Shown: positions 1 through 8,532 of the stretch, piece after piece | Numbering within the stretch: the stretch's first letter is position 1 | Layout: every line of letters starts with the position of its first letter | Assembly: GCA_043725085.1 (NCBI GenBank) | Contig: JAYSLY010000007.1 | Coordinates: 1,471 to 65,470 of the forward strand | Reading direction: 5' to 3' | From: a bacterium | GTDB lineage: Bacteria > Patescibacteriota > Minisyncoccia > Moranbacterales > UBA2206 | DNA: 64,000 bases | Position numbers and translations under genes: made by a program | Notes under the pieces: generated by a model | Database searches by the model: none | The model's input: only the letters and a program-made list of their open reading frames with translations | Told to the model about the DNA's origin: nothing

Positions 1-262
1 GTTTTTTCTGCAAATACTTCGCCAGCTCCTCATAATTTAAGCCCATTCTAATCGCATCAAAATCCAAATCTTCCGAAAACCGCTCAATGCCATAGGCAAA
101 GCGCAAACAAGTTCCGCCCAAAAACGCCAAGTGATTGCCATATTTGGAAGTATAGAGAATTTCCAAAATTTCTGATTGCAAATATTCCACCAAACAACGT
201 CTGGGATTATTGGGAATATTATTTCTTTTAATATAATCTTCCAAGAAATTTTTATCGAGCAT
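1..262 (-). CDS. AbiEii/AbiGii-family nucleotidyltransferase toxin, N-terminal part (gene runs off window start)
   Basis: Reverse strand from ATG (rc of cat at 260-262) reads MLDKNFLEDYIKRNNIP...HLAFLGGTCLRFAYGIERFSEDLDFD, the DUF1814/AbiEii N-terminal signature. Overlaps the upstream AbiEi gene by 11 nt. Confidence 0.65.
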   Translation of the reverse strand, partial: MLDKNFLEDYIKRNNIPNNPRRCLVEYLQSEILEILYTSKYGNHLAFLGGTCLRFAYGIERFSEDLDFDAIRMGLNYEELAKYLQKK

Positions 263-872
263 TTTTTTGATAGGCTAGCAAGCTTTCAATCAGCTTGGTC
301 ACTTTTTTGTCATTAAATAATTTTTTATACTCCCCAATTTTTTTCAAATCAAATTCAAACTCCTCATCAATCCGCAACTCCCGCCAAAAATTCTCCTGCG
401 CCACCAGCTTGTTTTTGTTGAGATAGAGATAATCCAAAATCGCCTTTTCCGGCGTGGCAATGTAAAAAGTCACATTTCTATCTTTTTGCATAACATACCC
501 GAAAAACAGACTACTTTTAATTTTTTGATAAGTAAAATTACCGAATTCATTTTCATAGGTAATGGTTTTTCTTGAAGTAACGGAAGTATAGGTGCCGGGA
601 ATATCGGGAATAATGCCATAATAGTTCAAAGCAAATTCCAAGCTCAAATAGGCCGGTGCATAGATTTTGGAAGCTAGTGACAATAAATTAATGTCATTTT
701 GAGCATTAGTCAAAAGATAGAGGCCTTTTCTAATTTTTTTGATATAGCCTTTCTTGGTCCAAAAAGCGATCTGAACAAGAATATTAGGCTCGGCAAAAAA
801 GATGTTTTTTGCTTCAATTGAGCTAAAAACAGGAAACCTAAGCATTTTTTTTTCGAACTCAAAAAATCGCAT
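252..872 (-). CDS. AbiEi-family type IV antitoxin (wHTH regulator)
   Basis: 206 aa. Contains ...KKGYIKKIRKGLYLL... and APAYLSLEFALNYYGIIPD, typical of AbiEi_4 antitoxins. Sits directly upstream of the AbiEii gene with overlap. Paralog of 10005-10577. Confidence 0.65.
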   Translation of the reverse strand: MRFFEFEKKMLRFPVFSSIEAKNIFFAEPNILVQIAFWTKKGYIKKIRKGLYLLTNAQNDINLLSLASKIYAPAYLSLEFALNYYGIIPDIPGTYTSVTSRKTITYENEFGNFTYQKIKSSLFFGYVMQKDRNVTFYIATPEKAILDYLYLNKNKLVAQENFWRELRIDEEFEFDLKKIGEYKKLFNDKKVTKLIESLLAYQKNAR

Positions 873-992
873 AGTTGTTTCTTTATATTAACATATATAA
901 TAATATCAAGAAACTTATATTTTGTCAACCCATTAACGTAATTCACCTATTTTGATGAATTATGTCATCAAATACAAAGCATGATAAAAAAA

Positions 993-1718
993 TTATTTTT
1001 TCTCCAACTCCACACTAATCCGCTTGGCGATAACTTCGCCGGCGTTGTTAGTGTAATTTCCCTCTTGAGAGATGTCTCGAAAGCCTAAGTTTTGGACAAT
1101 TTTGTGCGACGGCTTATCTTTTGGCACGTGCGCAATCAGCTTTTTGGCGCCAGAATTAATTTCTTCCGCCGTCACTTCTTGAAGAAAATTTTCTCCCACA
1201 TAGAATTTTTGGAGCAGCGGATCAATATTCATCGCGCCAAGATAGCGCTCGCCTTCCGACAAGGCCGCTCGCCCGTCAAATGTCGACGAGCGCACAAACC
1301 CGACCAGACTTCCGAGTGTTTTTTGCGACGCGCTGACATTTTCTTGGTCGAAATAGAGCAGATGAAATTTGGGATCATACGCTAGGTGTTTTTCAAAATC
1401 ACCGAGCAATCGCGCCAGATCTTCTTTAGATTTGTGCGCGTTAGCCGCCGCATACATCTCACGCAGTTTTTCTGTCAACGCCGAATCTTTTTTCAATTCT
1501 TCTTTTCCGACAGTCGTCAATTCCACACCCCCAATTTCTTCCAATTCTTGGACTTCACCGGCTTTTTTCGCCGCCACCAATAGCGAAGCCACCAAATCAA
1601 TTTCCGTGTGGCTCTTTTCCAAGTCAGTGAGAAGTTTTTGAATTTTATCTTCACTGGCTCGATCACCACTTTTCAACTCCGCGCTGAAATTGACAATAAT
1701 CTGATGTGCCCGCCGCAA
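993..1718 (-). CDS. hypothetical protein (241 aa) inside the TA islet
   Basis: Long ORF with coding-like composition. No motif recognised by eye. Confidence 0.45.
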   Translation of the reverse strand: MRRAHQIIVNFSAELKSGDRASEDKIQKLLTDLEKSHTEIDLVASLLVAAKKAGEVQELEEIGGVELTTVGKEELKKDSALTEKLREMYAAANAHKSKEDLARLLGDFEKHLAYDPKFHLLYFDQENVSASQKTLGSLVGFVRSSTFDGRAALSEGERYLGAMNIDPLLQKFYVGENFLQEVTAEEINSGAKKLIAHVPKDKPSHKIVQNLGFRDISQEGNYTNNAGEVIAKRISVELEKK

Positions 1719-1850
1719 TAGTTCCGTCCCTCCTGCCCGACTTATGCTTCGGGTCCGAGCGATTTTTGACCAGTATCATTGCTCGTAATGATTGACTGGC
1801 CGGAAAACTATTCCCAATGGACGAAGCGCTGATCCTTGGGGGTGATTTTT

Positions 1851-1869
1851 AATTCAACCGAAACAAAAG
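1851..1869. repeat. left arm of a 19-bp perfect inverted repeat flanking the MNT/HepT cassette
   Basis: aattcaaccgaaacaaaag. The exact reverse complement is at 2558-2576. Confidence 0.8.
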
Positions 1870-1921
1870 AAAAGCTATTTGGAAATTTGCTCTATAGGCA
1901 AATTTTTGCTATATTGAACTT

Positions 1922-2230
1922 ATGGATAAACTACTTGAAATCGAACAAAAACTAGTGGAAGCCATCCATAATGACCCGCACCGAGAAGATATGAAAAAAG
2001 TCTCTCTGTTCGGCTCCTATGTTTATGGCCAACCACGGGAAGATTCCGATGTGGATGTTTTGGTTGAATTTGAACCAAATGCGTCCATCGGGCTTTTTGA
2101 GTTTGTCAGAATTCAAAGAAGATTTTCCGAGTTTTCCGGAAAAAAAATTGACCTGCTCACGCCTTCCGCTCTGAGCAAATATTTTCGTGATGAAGTTCTT
2201 GCTAACGCCAAAACTATCTATGAAAAATGA
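1922..2230 (+). CDS. MNT-type minimal nucleotidyltransferase antitoxin
   Basis: 102 aa. LFGSYVYGQPREDSDVDVLVEF matches the GS...D.D nucleotidyltransferase motif. TTGCTC-17-TATATT promoter-like sequence at about 1885-1913. Confidence 0.75.
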   Translation: MDKLLEIEQKLVEAIHNDPHREDMKKVSLFGSYVYGQPREDSDVDVLVEFEPNASIGLFEFVRIQRRFSEFSGKKIDLLTPSALSKYFRDEVLANAKTIYEK

Positions 2231-2552
2231 CCAAGCTTTTCTCAAACATATTTAAGAATCCATCGAAGCCATAAATGAATCGCTTATTGGAATTTCTTAT
2301 GCGGAATTTTTAGAAAACAAACTACTCCTGAAAGCAATCGTGCGCGACTTGGAAATTATCGGCGAAGCGGCAAATAAAATCAGTTTGGAATTGCGCAACC
2401 TAAACCCGCAAATTCCTTGGCGAGATATGATTGATATGCGCAATGTCCTGATTCACGAATATTTTGGCGTCATTCCGGAAACAGTTTGGAAAACCTGTCA
2501 ACAAAATCTGCCTAAACTTAAGGAAGAAATTGACTTATTGCTCAGGCAATAA
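2220..2552 (+). pseudogene. HepT (DUF86/HEPN) toxin interrupted by an in-frame TAA at 2253-2255
   Basis: Frame from ATG 2220 reads MKNDQAFLKHI*ESIEAINESLIGISYAEFLENKLLLKAIVRDLEIIGEAANK...RNVLIHEY (Rx4HxY HEPN motif). The stop sits where Leu is expected (LKHI-L-ESIE), so a TTA to TAA change would account for it. The start overlaps the MNT stop by 11 nt. The ORF track shows only the GTG restart fragment 2340-2552. Confidence 0.6.
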
Positions 2553-2557
2553 TCCCC

Positions 2558-2576
2558 CTTTTGTTTCGGTTGAATT
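2558..2576. repeat. right arm of the 19-bp inverted repeat
   Basis: cttttgtttcggttgaatt is the exact reverse complement of 1851-1869. Confidence 0.8.
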
Positions 2577-2578
2577 GA

Positions 2579-2608
2579 CACTCGACTTTTTCAGTCGGGT
2601 GTTTTTTA
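2579..2608 (+). terminator. rho-independent terminator after HepT
   Basis: cactcgact-ttttc-agtcgggtg (9-bp stem, one mismatch) followed by tttttt. Confidence 0.55.
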
Positions 2609-3037
2609 ATTCCTATTTAATTGTCAATGAACTTTTTTGTGAATTAGCTCTTCTTTTCTAATTCACAAAAATGCCAGTGATACGGAGCATTCATGATGAA
2701 AGCTCCTTTTGATTTCCGAAGAAGAGAGATTTTGACGAAAAATCAACTTTTTTCTTATCACTAGCATTTTTCTAAAGATGATTGTTTTGAAATCATATTT
2801 AGCTCTCTTCTTCGACCACTGGAGCTTTCCGGTGATTTATCTTGACTGCGTAGTATATCATAATTTCACAGTTTTGTCTATATATCTTGTGCCATTTCTA
2901 GTGACATTGTCGTAAAACTCTTCAATTAAAACACTCTTTTGGCTTATATTCACTTGCATATTGTCATAATTAAAATTGACAATTATCTTATGGCGTGCTA
3001 GAATTAGGATATAAAACCTCTAAAAAACCAAAAAAAT

Positions 3038-3556
3038 ATGCCAAAAAATGAAAAACAAGCGCTAATTCCCGATGAGCGCATTATGAGCCGGATCTACTTT
3101 ATCCGCGGGGAAAAGGTAATGTTTGACCGAGATTTAGCCGAGCTTTATGGCGTGGAAACCAGAATACTTAAACAAGCAGTAAAAAGAAATTTGGACCGAT
3201 TTCCTTCAGATTTTATGTTTCAGCTGAATAAAAAAGAGCTTGAAATTTGGAGATCACAAATTGTGATGTCCAAAAGTGATAAGCAAGGATTGAGATGGCT
3301 ACCAATTGTTTTCACCGAACAAGGTGTCGCAATGCTTTCCGCTGTGCTCAAAAGCAAACGTGCTGTGGCAGTGAGCATTCAAATCGTGCGCACATTCGTG
3401 AAATTGCGCGAAATTTTGTCCACCCACACGAAACTACGCGAAAAAGTGGAACTGATGGAAGATAAATATGACAAGAGTTTCAAGGTGGTCTTTCAAATGA
3501 TCGCCAGACTGATGAAAGAAGACGCCCAGCCAAAAAAGCGCATTGGATTTTATTAG
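3038..3556 (+). CDS. ORF6N-domain protein (KilA-N-like, phage/defence-associated)
   Basis: SRIYFIRGEKVMFDRDLAELYGVETRILKQAVKRNLDRFPSDFMFQL is the characteristic ORF6N N-terminal block. Confidence 0.65.
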   Translation: MPKNEKQALIPDERIMSRIYFIRGEKVMFDRDLAELYGVETRILKQAVKRNLDRFPSDFMFQLNKKELEIWRSQIVMSKSDKQGLRWLPIVFTEQGVAMLSAVLKSKRAVAVSIQIVRTFVKLREILSTHTKLREKVELMEDKYDKSFKVVFQMIARLMKEDAQPKKRIGFY

Positions 3557-3563
3557 AACCCTT

Positions 3564-3598
3564 GGAGGCTCAACCTCCATAATGGAGGTTGAGCCTCC
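3564..3598 (+). terminator. perfect 17-bp palindrome 8 nt after the ORF6N stop (terminator or protein-binding site)
   Basis: ggaggctcaacctccat-a-atggaggttgagcctcc. Confidence 0.4.
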
Positions 3599-3625
3599 TT
3601 AAATAATTAGTTTTATACATTTACA

Positions 3626-4393
3626 ATGTTTATAGATCAGCTCCAAAAATTCGGCCTCACAAAAACCCAATCTGCTGTGCTGGATTGTCTGTTTGAACAT
3701 GGAGAAACCAAGGCCAGTGATGTGGCGAAAATCGCCAATCACCCTCGTGGAGTGGCCTACAAGGCTCTCGAGGAACTTCTAGCGTTTAACTTGGTGGAAA
3801 AAATCGAGAAAGAAAAAGAAGTGGCCAAATGGCGCGCCACCCATCCGCGTAATCTGGAAAAAATTTTGGAAAATAAAGAAGCCGAGCTCAGTCAAAACAA
3901 AAAAACGTTTGAAGACACGTTGCCCAGTCTCATTTCCAGCTACAACATTACACTCAATAAACCGGGCGTGAAATTCTATGAAGGCGCGGACGGAATGGAA
4001 AAAATTTTGGATGACACACTCAAAAGCCAAACGGAAATCTTGCTCTTCATCAACACCAATTCACTTGAAGCGGAGAGCTCCTTCAAGGAAATCAATGCGG
4101 AGTATAAGCGCAAGAGAAAATTCAAGGGTTTGAGAAAAAGAATTATCCGCACGGGAAAAAAGCCGGAAATAACTTTCGGAATATCTGATGATAAATATGA
4201 CGCGGTGACGGAAATCCGTTATTTGGAAAAAAATCTTTCCGCTTTCAAATCCAGCGTGCAAATTTATGACGGAAAAATTTCCTACCAAATTTTTGACCAA
4301 GGCAATGTCATTTCCATTCTGATTGAGGACAAAAATATCTATGAAATGAACAAGGCTTGGTTTGAGACGCTTTGGGAAATGGCGACTACATAA
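3626..4393 (+). CDS. TrmB-family HTH transcriptional regulator
   Basis: N-terminal LTKTQSAVLDCLFEHGETKASDVAKIANHPRGVAYKALEELL winged-HTH. C-terminal ...WFETLWEMA. Paralog of 8533-9267. Confidence 0.55.
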   Translation: MFIDQLQKFGLTKTQSAVLDCLFEHGETKASDVAKIANHPRGVAYKALEELLAFNLVEKIEKEKEVAKWRATHPRNLEKILENKEAELSQNKKTFEDTLPSLISSYNITLNKPGVKFYEGADGMEKILDDTLKSQTEILLFINTNSLEAESSFKEINAEYKRKRKFKGLRKRIIRTGKKPEITFGISDDKYDAVTEIRYLEKNLSAFKSSVQIYDGKISYQIFDQGNVISILIEDKNIYEMNKAWFETLWEMATT

Positions 4394-4443
4394 TTCTCTT
4401 TTTGTGCTATAATTAGCCTAATTTAAACCTTAAGTCAAACTTT

Positions 4444-7170
4444 ATGCCAGACACCAAGACCCAAAAACTAATTCTCATCGACGGCAATGCGATTATTCAT
4501 CGTTCCTATCACGCTCTCCCGCCGTTCACGACCAAAAAAGGCGAGCTGGTCAACGCTGTCTATGGCTTTGCTTCAACGGTGATTTCAATCATTGCCAAGT
4601 TTGAACCGGAATATATTATTGCAACTTTTGATCTCGCCGGGCCGACATTTCGTCATTTGGATTATGCCCAGTATAAGGCGACACGCGTCAAAGCCGATGA
4701 TGCGCTCTATGCGCAGATTCCTCGCGTCAAAGAAGTGGTGCGCGCTTTTGGTATTCCGATTTGCGAGGCCTCCGGTTTTGAAGCGGACGATGTGATTGGC
4801 ACGCTCGTCAAGAAAGTGGAAGAAAATAATCCTGAGTTGGAAATTATTATTGTAACGGGCGACATGGACACCTTGCAATTGGTGAGCGAAAAAACGAAAG
4901 TCTACACAATGCGCCGAGGGCTCACCGATTCCGCGCTCTATGGCAAAGCGGAAATATTTGAACGCTATTCGCTCGCACCGGAACAATTGATTGATTATAA
5001 GGGTCTGCGCGGTGATCCGTCGGACAACATTCCCGGCGTGAAAGGAATTGGCGAGAAAACCGCGATTGAACTTCTCAAAACCTATGGCACATTGGAAAAT
5101 GTTTATGCCCATTTAGGTGAGATTAAAAAAACATTGCAAGAAAAATTAGAGCACGATCGGATGATGGCTAAAAAAAGCAAAGAGCTCGCCACCATCTCGC
5201 GTGAGGCGCCGGTGGAGCTGGAGCTGGAAAAAGCCGTCACAAAAGATTATGACAAGCCAACACTTTTGGCTCTTTTTGACGAATTAAATTTCCACTCTCT
5301 CAAAAGAAGATTAGGACAGACGGAAAAAAATAATAGTGATCGCGATAAAAAAAATACTCCCAAAATTGATTCTGATGGGGTGAAAGATTTTAAATTTGAA
5401 ATTGCCGATGAAAAAAACAGTACGGAAATTTTGGAAGCAATTTCTGCGTCAAATGAAATTGCCATCAAATTGAAAACAGCCGGTGAGGCTAAGGAAAACA
5501 TAACGCTCCTTGGCGTGGCAGTTGCCTATAAAACCGGTCGCGTCGCCTATTTCGACCGCAATGACGCCGTTTTTGCCAAGCTAAAAACCATCCTGGAAGA
5601 TTCGCGAATTGCAAAGATCGGCTATGATTTGAAAAGTGATTTGAAAATTCTGTGGAAAAATGAAATAAATTTGACTGGCACATGTTTTGATATTCTCATT
5701 AGCAGCTATCTTTTGAACCCCGGTCGAAAAACCACCCTCCCTGAATTAGTCGCAGAATATCTAAACGAGGAACTTGCCGACGAGGCAAGAAAAGGTCAGT
5801 TGGGATTGGAAATTGAATCACTCGAAGAGATGGTTCAAAAAATTTCCGCCGTAGCTGACTATATTTTCAAACTGAAAAAAATCCACCAAACAGAAATCGA
5901 AAAAATCAGCGAAGCACAAATCAGGAATAATAATGAAAGCAAAAACACGCTTCGAGAGGTTTTTGCCAAACTGGAAATGCCGCTTGTGCCGGTCCTTGCC
6001 AAAATGGAAACTTTTGGAATCAAACTTGATACATTGATTTTCAGAGGAATTTCCAAAACGATCAGCGAACGAATTAAAAAACTAGAACAATCAATTTATA
6101 GCCTAAGCGGAGAAACTTTTAACATTGCCTCGCCCAAGCAACTGGCTAAAGTTTTGTTTGAAAAAATGCACATTCCCTCTGATGGAATTAAAAAAGGCAA
6201 GTCCGGCGTCATCTCCACCGCCTCAGCTGAGCTTGAAAAATTGAAAAATGAACACAAAATCGTGGAAAAAATTGAAGAGTTTCGCGAAATAACCAAGTTG
6301 AAAAATACCTATCTCGACACATTGCCGGAAATGGTCGACAAAGATTCTCGCCTCCACACCACGTTTAATCAAGCTATCGCTGCCACCGGCCGCCTTTCTT
6401 CATCTGATCCGAATTTGCAAAATATTCCCATTCGCACGGAACTCGGCCAACTCCTCCGTGTGGCTTTTGTCGCGCGTGGCGGCTGGAAACTGGTCAGCGC
6501 CGATTATTCCCAAATTGATTTGCGTGTCGTCGCTCATGTCAGTGGCGACAAAAAAATGATTGAACTGTTTGGCGCCGGCGAAGACATTCATCGCGCCACC
6601 GCCGCGGAGATTAACAAAATTCCCCTCTCGCAAGTTTCGCAAAAAATCCGGCGCACCGCCAAAGAACTCAATTTTGGCGTGATCTATGGCATGGGCACAT
6701 TCGGTTTTGCCTCACGCACCGGCATCTCCAGAGAAGACGCCAAAAAATTCATCGATGCCTATTTTGAACGCTTTCAAGGCGTGGCGAGCTATATGCAAAA
6801 AACCAAAGAATTTGCCAGAGAAAAAGGCTACGTCGAAACGGAAATCGGACGGCGAAGATATATCCCGGAAATTAATTCGCCCAATTTTCAAGTGCAAAGC
6901 GGCGCCGAACGAATGGCAATCAATATGCCGATTCAAGGTTTGTCATCAGACATCATGAAAATTGCCATGCTGCGAATCGACGAAGCGTTTGGAGCCGACT
7001 CGGAAGTGAAGATGCTCCTTCAAATCCATGACGAGATCATTTTGGAAGTCAAAGAAGAGCGCGCGAAAGTTGTGGCCGAAAAAATTAAAACCATTCTTGA
7101 GGATGCCTACACTTTGCGCGTCCCACTCGTCGCCAATGTGGAAATTGGAGATAATTGGGGGGAGATTTAG
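4444..7170 (+). CDS. polA: DNA polymerase I
   Basis: 908 aa. 5'-3' exonuclease N-terminus. Polymerase motifs RRTAKELNFGVIYGMGTFGFA and QIHDEIILEV. The central 3'-5' exo-like region lacks the canonical acidic motifs. Confidence 0.9.
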   Translation: MPDTKTQKLILIDGNAIIHRSYHALPPFTTKKGELVNAVYGFASTVISIIAKFEPEYIIATFDLAGPTFRHLDYAQYKATRVKADDALYAQIPRVKEVVRAFGIPICEASGFEADDVIGTLVKKVEENNPELEIIIVTGDMDTLQLVSEKTKVYTMRRGLTDSALYGKAEIFERYSLAPEQLIDYKGLRGDPSDNIPGVKGIGEKTAIELLKTYGTLENVYAHLGEIKKTLQEKLEHDRMMAKKSKELATISREAPVELELEKAVTKDYDKPTLLALFDELNFHSLKRRLGQTEKNNSDRDKKNTPKIDSDGVKDFKFEIADEKNSTEILEAISASNEIAIKLKTAGEAKENITLLGVAVAYKTGRVAYFDRNDAVFAKLKTILEDSRIAKIGYDLKSDLKILWKNEINLTGTCFDILISSYLLNPGRKTTLPELVAEYLNEELADEARKGQLGLEIESLEEMVQKISAVADYIFKLKKIHQTEIEKISEAQIRNNNESKNTLREVFAKLEMPLVPVLAKMETFGIKLDTLIFRGISKTISERIKKLEQSIYSLSGETFNIASPKQLAKVLFEKMHIPSDGIKKGKSGVISTASAELEKLKNEHKIVEKIEEFREITKLKNTYLDTLPEMVDKDSRLHTTFNQAIAATGRLSSSDPNLQNIPIRTELGQLLRVAFVARGGWKLVSADYSQIDLRVVAHVSGDKKMIELFGAGEDIHRATAAEINKIPLSQVSQKIRRTAKELNFGVIYGMGTFGFASRTGISREDAKKFIDAYFERFQGVASYMQKTKEFAREKGYVETEIGRRRYIPEINSPNFQVQSGAERMAINMPIQGLSSDIMKIAMLRIDEAFGADSEVKMLLQIHDEIILEVKEERAKVVAEKIKTILEDAYTLRVPLVANVEIGDNWGEI

Positions 7171-7196
7171 ATCTGTAAAAAAATAGTCATAGAAAA

Positions 7197-7233
7197 AAGG
7201 AGTTGTCGCATTGGACAGCTCCTTTTGAATTTT
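7197..7233 (+). terminator. rho-independent terminator after polA
   Basis: aaggagttgtc-gcattg-gacagctcctt (11-bp stem with a G-U pair) followed by ttgaatttt. Confidence 0.6.
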
Positions 7234-7251
7234 CCTACAAAAGAACTATTT

Positions 7252-7288
7252 GAGAGATAATCTTCCTCAAGGATTATCTCTTTTTATA
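7252..7288. terminator. second hairpin (10-bp stem) with T-tract, between the convergent polA and 7300 genes
   Basis: gagagataatc-ttcctcaag-gattatctct followed by ttttat. Confidence 0.45.
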
Positions 7289-7299
7289 TTGTCAACATT

Positions 7300-7599
7300 T
7301 TATCCTTCAAATTTTATTCCAAGATGAAAGATTCCCGCTTTTCCTGATTTTTGTTTTTCTATAAAAGTCACATAACCTTTCTTGATTTCATAGTTCCCCT
7401 TGGAAAGATTTACATTCTTTTTTAGAAAATAGAAGTGTCCCTCGTTTTTTTCGCAATATAATGATACTGATGGTTCTCTTGAATAGCCATCTTCAGAAAA
7501 TGGTTCAAAGCCGCCGAGCGCTTGCATAATAAAATGCGGTAAATGGCAAAATTGGGTAAATTGCCAATTTTCGGTAGCTGAACCAAAACTGATCCACAT
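7300..7599 (-). CDS. hypothetical protein (99 aa); may be the 3' part of a frameshifted gene that starts at 7769
   Basis: Overlaps 7422-7769 by 178 nt in another frame. Its sequence (WQFTQFCHLPHFIMQALGGFEPFSEDGY...) looks more globular than the overlapping tail. Confidence 0.35.
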   Translation of the reverse strand: MWISFGSATENWQFTQFCHLPHFIMQALGGFEPFSEDGYSREPSVSLYCEKNEGHFYFLKKNVNLSKGNYEIKKGYVTFIEKQKSGKAGIFHLGIKFEG

Positions 7600-7769
7600 A
7601 GAGATCCGTCATCCCCGATTTCAAGCTGACCAATTGCAGGATTGTCAAGATAAGCACAGGACAAAGTACCACAGACTTCGCTTTTATAAAAATCGGTTAG
7701 GGTAGTTCCCACAAAGCCGCTCAGATCAGCTGTTTGAAACACCACTCTTATCAAGTTGATTATTTTCAT
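7422..7769 (-). CDS. small hypothetical protein downstream of conserved 32-nt leader, copy 1 (possibly frameshifted into 7300-7599)
   Basis: aaggaga RBS then ATG at 7769. MKIINLIRVVFQTADLSGFVG... Confidence 0.4.
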   Translation of the reverse strand: MKIINLIRVVFQTADLSGFVGTTLTDFYKSEVCGTLSCAYLDNPAIGQLEIGDDGSLCGSVLVQLPKIGNLPNFAIYRILLCKRSAALNHFLKMAIQENHQYHYIAKKTRDTSIF

Positions 7770-7802
7770 ATCATTTCTCCTTTTTCAAAGTACCGTTTTT
7801 TT

Positions 7803-7834
7803 GTCTCCCCGAGAAACCGTTTTCTCAGCTTGAC
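7803..7834 (-). promoter_or_regulatory. conserved 32-nt leader/operator motif, copy 1
   Basis: Minus-strand reading: GTCAAGCTGAGAAAACGGTTTCTCGGGGAGAC. Contains the near-palindrome GAGAAAACGGTTTCTC. Identical to 8365-8396. Lies about 35 nt upstream of the ATG, followed by a shared cttt(g/a)aaaaaggagaa RBS region. Confidence 0.6.
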
Positions 7835-7938
7835 AATTTTTCCTCCATCTCAAGCCTCAAAACAATTCTGAAACTTGGGAAAAGGAGGCGAGCCGGATGC
7901 GATGATCATTGGTGGCTCGCCTTGAGACAAAGAATAAA

Positions 7939-8331
7939 TTAAGGAAAGATTTTGTACTTCTGATCAAACTTATGCGCAGCGTCAAGAAATCTTTTTTGTT
8001 CGCAGGATAATTCTTCATATCCAGAATCAAAGATTGATGATTTATCACGTTTTGTTTCTTCAAACCCCTTGAAATTAAAGGGATCCCCTTGCACTGTATA
8101 ACCTTCTTCTGTTATGACAAACATCCACAACGATTGAGATTTGTACAAAACACTGGATCCCGGGTCAAAAAGTTTAACTTTAACTTTTCGCCCTTCAGGA
8201 AGATCGTGATGTGAACCATTGGACACAAGCTCCTGACCCACAAATAATTCAAGTCCATTAAATCTTACTTTTAATAGACCGAAGCCTTCCTTTGACCTTT
8301 CGATTTCTTCAAAAGTATTTATTTCTTTCAT
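7939..8331 (-). CDS. small hypothetical protein (130 aa) downstream of conserved leader, copy 2
   Basis: aaaggagaa RBS then ATG at 8331. MKEINTFEEIERSKEGFGLLKV... No recognised domain. Confidence 0.5.
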   Translation of the reverse strand: MKEINTFEEIERSKEGFGLLKVRFNGLELFVGQELVSNGSHHDLPEGRKVKVKLFDPGSSVLYKSQSLWMFVITEEGYTVQGDPFNFKGFEETKRDKSSIFDSGYEELSCEQKRFLDAAHKFDQKYKIFP

Positions 8332-8364
8332 TTTCTATTCTCCTTTTTAAAGAACATTGTTTTC

Positions 8365-8396
8365 GTCTCCCCGAGAAACCGTTTTCTCAGCTTGAC
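8365..8396 (-). promoter_or_regulatory. conserved 32-nt leader/operator motif, copy 2
   Basis: Identical 32-mer to 7803-7834. Sits in the divergent region shared with the TrmB-like gene at 8533. Confidence 0.6.
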
Positions 8397-8449
8397 CCAA
8401 GAGTATAGCAGGTAAATTGTGTTTTGTCAACAGCAATCTTACGACAATA

Positions 8450-8478
8450 TTGACATCAGTCGAAAACTGCGCTATAAT
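8450..8478 (+). promoter_or_regulatory. sigma70-like promoter for the TrmB-like gene
   Basis: TTGACA (8450-8455), 17-nt spacer, TATAAT (8473-8478). Confidence 0.5.
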
Positions 8479-8532
8479 AGAGCCATAATAGTGGCTTTTA
8501 TCTACGATCGTAAGCCATAAACTGACAAAAAT

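Noticed and set aside
4585-5112. 175-aa minus-strand ORF, and other ORFs at 5247-6936, inside polA
   Set aside because: Antisense to a confidently identified, motif-rich polA reading frame. Low-complexity translation. No RBS.
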